Assembly: GCA_964016885.1 (NCBI GenBank)
Contig: OZ024747.1
Location: 76,322,001-76,386,000, forward strand
Origin: Eledone cirrhosa
Taxonomy: Eukaryota
Reading direction: 5' to 3'
DNA length: 64,000 nt
Below, piece after piece: positions 57,521 to 64,000 of the stretch (its first letter is position 1; each line of letters begins with the position of its first letter). Under the pieces are notes generated by a model, which saw nothing but the letters and a program-made list of their open reading frames with translations, was not told the DNA's origin and did not search any database. A program made the position numbers and the translations under genes.

Positions 57521-58529
57521 ATCTGTAGAATGTATTGGCAGTATCTGTAGAATGTATTGACAGTATATGTAGAATGTATTAACAGTATCTGTAGAATGTA
57601 TTGGCAGTATATGTAGAATGTATTGACAGTATATGTAGAATGTATTGACAGTATCTGTAGAATGTATTGACAGTATATGTAGAATGTATTGACAGTATCT
57701 GTAGAATGTATTGGCAGTATATTTAGAATGTATTGACAGTATATGTAGAATGTATTGACAGTATATGTAGAATGTATTGACAGTATCTGTAGAATGTATT
57801 GGCAGTGTATGTAGAAGGTATTGACAGTATCTGTAGAATGTATTGGCAGTATATGTAGAATGTATTGACAGTATCTGTAGAATGTATTGACAGTATCTGT
57901 AGAATGTATTGACAGTATCTGTGGAATGTATTAACAGTATATGTAGAATGTATTGGTAGTATATGTAGAATGTATTGGTAGTATATGTAGGATGTATTGA
58001 CAGTATATGTAGAATGTATTGACAGTATCTGTAGAATGTATTGACAGTATCTGTAGAATGTATTGACAGTTTATGTAGAATGTATTGACAGTATATGTAG
58101 AATGTATTGGCAGTATATGTAGAATGTATTGACAGTATCTGTAGAATATATTGACAGTATATTTAGAATGTATTGACAGTATCTGTAGGATGCATTGACA
58201 GTATCTGTAGAATGTATTGACAGTATCTGTAGAATGTATTGACAGTATCTGTAGAATGTATTGACAGTATCTTTAGAATGTATTGGCAGTATCTCTAGAA
58301 TGTATTGACAGTATCTGTAGAAAGTATTGACAGTATCTGTAGAATGTATTGACAGTATATGTAGAATGTATTGAGAGTATCTGTAGAATGTATTGGCAGT
58401 ATATGTAGAATGTATTGACAGTATCTGTAGAATATATTGACAGTATCTGTAGAATGTATTGACAGTATCTGTAGAATGTATTGGCAGTATCTGTAGAATG
58501 TATTGACAGTATCTGTAGAATGTGTTGAC

Positions 58530-61500
58530 AGTATCTGTAGAATGTATTGACAGTATATGTAGAATGTATTGACAGTATCTGTAGAATGTATTGGCAGTAT
58601 CTGTAGAATGTATTGACAGTATCTTTAGAATGTATTGGCAGTATCTGTAGAATGTGTTGACAGTATCTGTAGAATGTATTGACAGTATCTGTAGAATGTA
58701 TTGGCAGTATCTGTAGAATGTATTGACAGTATCTGTAGAATGTGTTGACGGTATCTGTAGAATGTATTGACAGTATATGTAGAATGTATTGACTGTATCT
58801 GTAGAATGTGTTGACAGTATCTGTAGAATGTATTGACAGTATCTGTAGAATGTGTTGACAGTATCTGTAGAATGTATTGACAGTATCTGTAGAATGTGTT
58901 GACAGTATCTGTAGAATGTATTGACAGTGTATGTAGAAGGTATTGACAGTATCTGTTGAATGTATTGACAATATCTATAGAATGTATTGGCAGTATATGT
59001 AGAAGGTATTGACAGTATCTGTAGAATGTATTGACAGTATCTGTAGAATGTGTTGACAGTATCTGTAGAATGTATTGACAGTATCTGTAGAATGTATTGA
59101 CAGTATCTGTAGAATGTATTGGCAGTATCTGTAGAATGTATTGGCAGTATCTGTAGAATGTATTGACAGTATCTGTAGAATGTATTAGCAGTATCTGTAG
59201 AATGTATTTACAGTATCTGTAGAATGTATTGACAATATCTATAGAATGTATTGGCAGTATATGTAGAAGGTGTTGACAGTATCTGTGGAATGTATTGACA
59301 GTATATGTAGAATGTATTGACAGTATCTGTAGAATGTATTGACAGTATCTGTAGAATGTATTGACAATATTTGTAGAATGTATTGACAGTATCTGTAGAA
59401 TGTATTGACAGTATCTGAAGAATGTATTGACAGTATCTGTAGAATGTATTGACAGTATATGTAGAATGTATTGGTAGTATCTGTAGAATGTATTGGCAGT
59501 ATATGTAGAATGTATTGGCAGTATCTGTAGAATGTATTGACAGTATATGTAGAATGTGTTGACAGTATATGTAGAATGTATTGACAGTATATGTAGAATG
59601 TATTGGCACTATATGTAGAATGTATTGACAGTATCTGTAGCATATATTGACAGTATATTTATAATGTATTGACAGTATCTGTAGAATGTATTGACAGTAT
59701 CTGTAGAAAGTATTGACAGTATCTGTAGAATGTATTAACAGTATATGTAGAATGTATTGACAGTATCTGTAGAATGTATTGACAGTATCTGTGGAATGTA
59801 TTGACAGTATATGTAGAATGTATTGGCAGTATATGTAGAATGTATTGACAGTATATGTAGAATGTATTGGCAGTTTATGTAGAATCTATTGACAGTATCT
59901 GTAGAATGTATTGACAGTATATGTAGAATGTATTGACAGTATATGTAGAATGTATTGGCAGTATATGTAGAATGTATTGACAGTATCTGTAGAATGTATT
60001 GACAGTATATGTAGAATGTATTGACAGTATATGTAGAATGTATTGACAGTATATGTAGAATGTATTGGCAGTATCTGTAGAATGTATTGACAGTATCTGT
60101 AGAATGTGTTGACAGTATCTGTAGAATGTATTGACAGTATATGTAGAATGTATTGACAGTATCTGTAGAATGTGTTGACAGTATCTGTAGAATGTATTGA
60201 CAGTATCTGTAGAATGTGTTGACAGTATCTGTAGAATGTGTTGACAGTATCTGTAGAATGTATTGACAGTGTATGTAGAAGGTATTGACAGTATCTGTGG
60301 AATGTATTGACAATATCTATAGAATGTATTGGCAGTATATGTAGAAGGTATTGACAGTATCTGTAGAATGTATTGACAGTATCTGTAGAATGTGTTGACA
60401 GTATCTGTAGAATGTATTGACAGTATCTGTAGAATGTATTGTCAGTATCTGTAGAATGTATTGGCAGTATCTGTAGAATGTATTGACAGTATCTGTAGAA
60501 AGTATTGGCAGTATCTGTAGAATGTATTGACAGTATCTGTAGAATGTATTGACAATATCTATAGAATGTATTGGCAGTATATGTAGATGGTATTGACACT
60601 ATCTGTGGAATGTATTGACAGTATATGTAGAATGTATTGACAGTATCTCTAGAATGTATTGACAGTATCTGTAGAATGTTTTGACAATATCTGTAGAATG
60701 TATTGACAGTATCTGTAGAATGTATTGACAGTATCTGAAGAATGTATTGACAGTATCTGTAGAATGTATTGACAGTATATGTAGAATGTATTGGTAGTAT
60801 CTGTAGAATGTATTGGCAGTATATGTAGAATGTATTGGCAGTATATGTAGAATGTATTGGCAGTTTCTGTAGAATGTATTGACAGTATATGTAGAATGTA
60901 TTGACAGTATCTGTAGAATGTATTGACAGTATCTCTAGAATGTATTGACAGTATCTGTAGAATGTATTGACAATATCTGTAGAATGTATTGACAGTATCT
61001 GTAGAATGTATTGACAGTATCTGAAGAATGTATTGACAGTATATGTAGAAGGTATTGACAGTATCTGTGGAATGTATTGAGAGTATATGTAGAATGTATT
61101 GGTAGTATATGTAGAATGTATTGACAGTATATGTAGAATATATTGACAGTATATGTAGAATGTATTGACAGTATCTGTAGAATGTATTGACAGTATCTGT
61201 AGAATGTATTGACAGTATATGTAGAATGTATTGACAGTATATGTAGAATGTATTGGCAATATATGTAGAATGTATCGACAGTATCTGTAGAATATATTGA
61301 CAGTATATTTAGAATGTATTGACAGTATCTGTAGGATGCATTGACAGTATCTGTAGAATGTATTGACAGTATATGTAGAATGTATTGACAGTATCTGTAG
61401 AATGTATTGGCAGTATCTGTAGAATGTATTGACAGTATCTATAGAATGTATTGGCAGTATCTGTAGAATGTGTTGACAGTATCTGTAGAATGTATTGACA

Positions 61501-63910
61501 GTATCTGTAGAATGTATTGGCAGTATCTGTAGAATGTATTGACAGTATCTGTAGAATGTGTTGACGGTATCTGTAGAATGTATTGACAGTATATGTAGAA
61601 TGTATTGACTGTATCTGTAGAATGTGTTGACAGTATCTGTAGAATGTATTGACAGTATCTGTAGAATGTGTTGACAGTATCTGTAGAATGTATTGACAGT
61701 ATCTGTAGAATGTGTTGACAGTATCTGTAGAATGTATTGACAGTGTATGTAGAAGGTATTGACAGTATCTGTTGAATGTATTGACAATATCTATAGAATG
61801 TATTGGCAGTATATGTAGAAGGTATTGACAGTATCTGTAGAATGTATTGACAGTATCTGTAGAATGTGTTGACAGTATCTGTAGAATGTATTGACAGTAT
61901 CTGTAGAATGTATTGACAGTATCTGTTGAATGTATTGGCAGTATCTGTAGAATGTATTGGCAGTATCTGAAGAATGTATTGACAGTATCTGTAGAATGTA
62001 TTGACAGTATATGTAGAATGTATTGGTAGTATCTGTAGAATGTATTGGCAGTATATGTAGAATGTATTGGCAGTATCTGTAGAATGTATTGACAGTATAT
62101 GTAGAATGTGTTGACAGTATATGTAGAATGTATTGACAGTATATGTAGAATGTATTGGCAGTATATGTAGAATGTATTGACAGTATCTGTAGAATATATT
62201 GACAGTATATTTAGAATGTATTGACAGTATCTGTAGAATGTATTGACAGTATCTGTAGAAAGTATTGACAGTATCTGTAGAATGTATTAACAGTATATGT
62301 AGAATGTAGTGACAGTATCTGTAGAATGTATTGACAGTATCTGTGGAATGTATTGACAGTATATGTAGAATGTATTGGCAGTATATGTAGAATGTATTGA
62401 CAGTATATGTAGAATGTATTGGCAGTTTATGTAGAATCTATTGACAGTATCTGTAGAATGTATTGACAGTATATGTAGAATGTATTGACAGTATATGTAG
62501 AATGTATTGGCAGTATATGTAGAATGTATTGACAGTATCTGTAGAATGTATTGACAGTATATGTAGAATGTATTGACAGTATATGTACAATGTATTGACA
62601 GTATATGTAGAATGTATTGGCAGTATCTGTAGAATGTATTGACAGTATCTGTAGAATGTGTTGACAGTATCTGTAGAATGTATTGACAGTATATGTAGAA
62701 TGTATTGACAGTATCTGTAGAATGTGTTGACAGTATCTGTAGAATGTATTGGCAGTATCTGTAGAATGTGTTGACAGTATCTGTAGAATGTGTTGACAGT
62801 ATCTGTAGAATGTATTGACAGTGTATGTAGAAGGTATTGACAGTATCTGTGGAATGTATTGACAATATCTATAGAATGTATTGGCAGTATATGTAGAAGG
62901 TATTGACAGTATCTGTAGAATGTATTGACAGTATCTGTAGAATGTGTTGACAGCATCTGTAGAATGTATTGACAGTATCTGTAGAATGTATTGTCAGTAT
63001 CTGTAGAATGTATTGGCAGTATCTGTAGAATGTATTGACAGTATCTGTAGAAAGTATTGGCAGTATCTGTAGAATGTATTGACAGTATCTGTAGAATGTA
63101 TTGACAATATCTATAGAATGTATTGGCAGTATATGTAGATGGTATTGACACTATCTGTGGAATGTATTGACAGTATATGTAGAATGTATTGACAGTATCT
63201 CTAGAATGTATTGACAGTATCTGTAGAATGTTTTGACAATATCTGTAGAATGTATTGACAGTATCTGTAGAATGTATTGACAGTATCTGAAGAATGTATT
63301 GACAGTATCTGTAGAATGTATTGACAGTATATGTAGAATGTATTGGTAGTATCTGTAGAATGTATTGGCAGTATATGTAGAATGTATTGGCAGTATATGT
63401 AGAATGTATTGGCAGTTTCTGTAGAATGTATTGACAGTATATGTAGAATGTATTGACAGTATCTGTAGAATGTATTGACAGTATCTCTAGAATGTATTGA
63501 CAGTATCTGTAGAATGTATTGACAATATCTGTAGAATGTATTGACAGTATCTGTAGAATGTATTGACAGTATCTGAAGAATGTATTGACAGTATATGTAG
63601 AAGGTATTGACAGTATCTGTGGAATGTATTGACAGTATATGTAGAATGTATTGGTAGTATATGTAGAATGTATTGACAGTATATGTAGAATATATTGACA
63701 GTATATGTAGAATGTATTGACAGTATCTGTAGAATGTATTGACAGTATCTGTAGAATGTATTGACAGTATATGTAGAATGTATTGACAGTATATGTAGAA
63801 TGTATTGGCAGTATATGTAGAATGTATTGACAGTATCTGTAGAATATATTGACAGTATATTTAGAATGTATTGACAGTATCTGTAGGATGCATTGACAGT
63901 ATCTGTAGAA
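58530..63910. repeat. Higher-order tandem duplication, offset 2,816 bp (128 monomers) proximally and 2,552 bp (116 monomers) distally
   Basis: GACGG 58,747/61,563 and GTTGAAT 58,955/61,771 (offset 2,816). GAATCTATT 59,882/62,434 and ORF pair 59735..60313 / 62287..62865 (offset 2,552). The difference is 12 monomers. Confidence 0.85.
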
Positions 63911-64000
63911 TGTATTGACAGTATCTGTAGGATGCATTGACAATATCTGTAGAATGTTTTGACAGTATCTGTAGAATGTATTGACAGTATCTGTAGGATG

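Larger units (their letters stand above)
1..64000. repeat. 22-bp tandem satellite array, consensus TAGAATGTATTGACAGTATCTG, ~2,909 copies, single orientation, runs off both window ends
   Basis: The monomer is directly readable throughout. Unit starts follow 1+22k up to 4,203, 4,223+22k up to 53,261, 53,284+22k up to 56,606 and 56,624+22k up to 63,994. Most units differ from consensus by 0-3 substitutions, mainly position 20 C/A and position 13 A/G. Confidence 0.99.

Noticed and set aside
1635-63943. All minus-strand ORFs (62-1,266 aa) as protein-coding genes
   Set aside because: They overlap in all three frames and encode the same 22-aa permutation. They start and stop at sporadic repeat variants and have no unique domain. 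This is the expected result of a stop-free 22-bp monomer.
1-64000. CRISPR array or CRISPR-like repeat-spacer system
   Set aside because: The repeats abut directly with no unique spacers, leader or cas genes. Variation is limited to point substitutions.
1-64000. Plasmid iterons, or Borg/phage-type tandem repeats
   Set aside because: The 22-bp length fits some iterons, but those occur in a handful to tens of copies next to rep or other genes. Here there are ~2,900 copies and no gene.
1-64000. Telomerase-synthesised long telomeric repeat (yeast-type 20-26-bp units)
   Set aside because: There is mild G-over-C skew (5 G vs 2 C) but no G-run, and I recognise no match to a known telomere unit. Multi-kb duplications of variant patterns indicate recombinational amplification rather than templated addition. 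A subtelomeric location is not excluded.
1-64000. RIP or methyl-CpG decay signature
   Set aside because: Some variants are CA>TA or TG>TA, but the dominant ones are a C/A transversion and A>G. Most CA/TG sites are intact and the consensus has no CpG.
1-64000. Synthetic data-storage DNA, or a rolling-circle/sequencing concatemer artefact
   Set aside because: Variants are inherited in nested, diverging duplications with very few indels. That fits natural satellite evolution, not random read error or designed encoding.
1-64000. Embedded transposon, inversion, RNA gene or unique island
   Set aside because: None seen on reading through. Phase arithmetic accounts for the full length with only three small indels, and the reverse-complement monomer was not seen on the plus strand.

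Overview
The whole 64,000-bp window is one uninterrupted, head-to-tail tandem array of a 22-bp AT-rich monomer, consensus 5'-TAGAATGTATTGACAGTATCTG-3' (about 32% GC, no CpG). Counting by phase gives 2,909 complete monomers plus a 7-bp partial unit. I found no unique sequence, inserted element, inversion, RNA gene, CRISPR spacer or credible protein-coding gene. All listed ORFs come from the minus-strand monomer having no stop codon in any frame. The real structure lies in the pattern of variant monomers: (i) only three phase-changing indels (-2 at ~4,220, +1 at ~53,272, -4 at ~56,610), with 2,229 consecutive units in net 22-bp phase between the first two; (ii) multi-kb higher-order duplications whose offsets are whole numbers of monomers (107, 161, 233, 87, 141, 213, 79, 131, 116/128 units); (iii) a homogeneous centre with more diverged flanks that share a variant block, as expected from layered satellite expansion. 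An array this long is most consistent with eukaryotic satellite DNA (centromeric, pericentromeric or subtelomeric), but neither organism nor function can be determined from the sequence. I see no evidence for a novel gene system; any novelty lies in the satellite family and its higher-order architecture. All comparisons were done by eye from marker variants and ORF-track offsets, so block boundaries are approximate.
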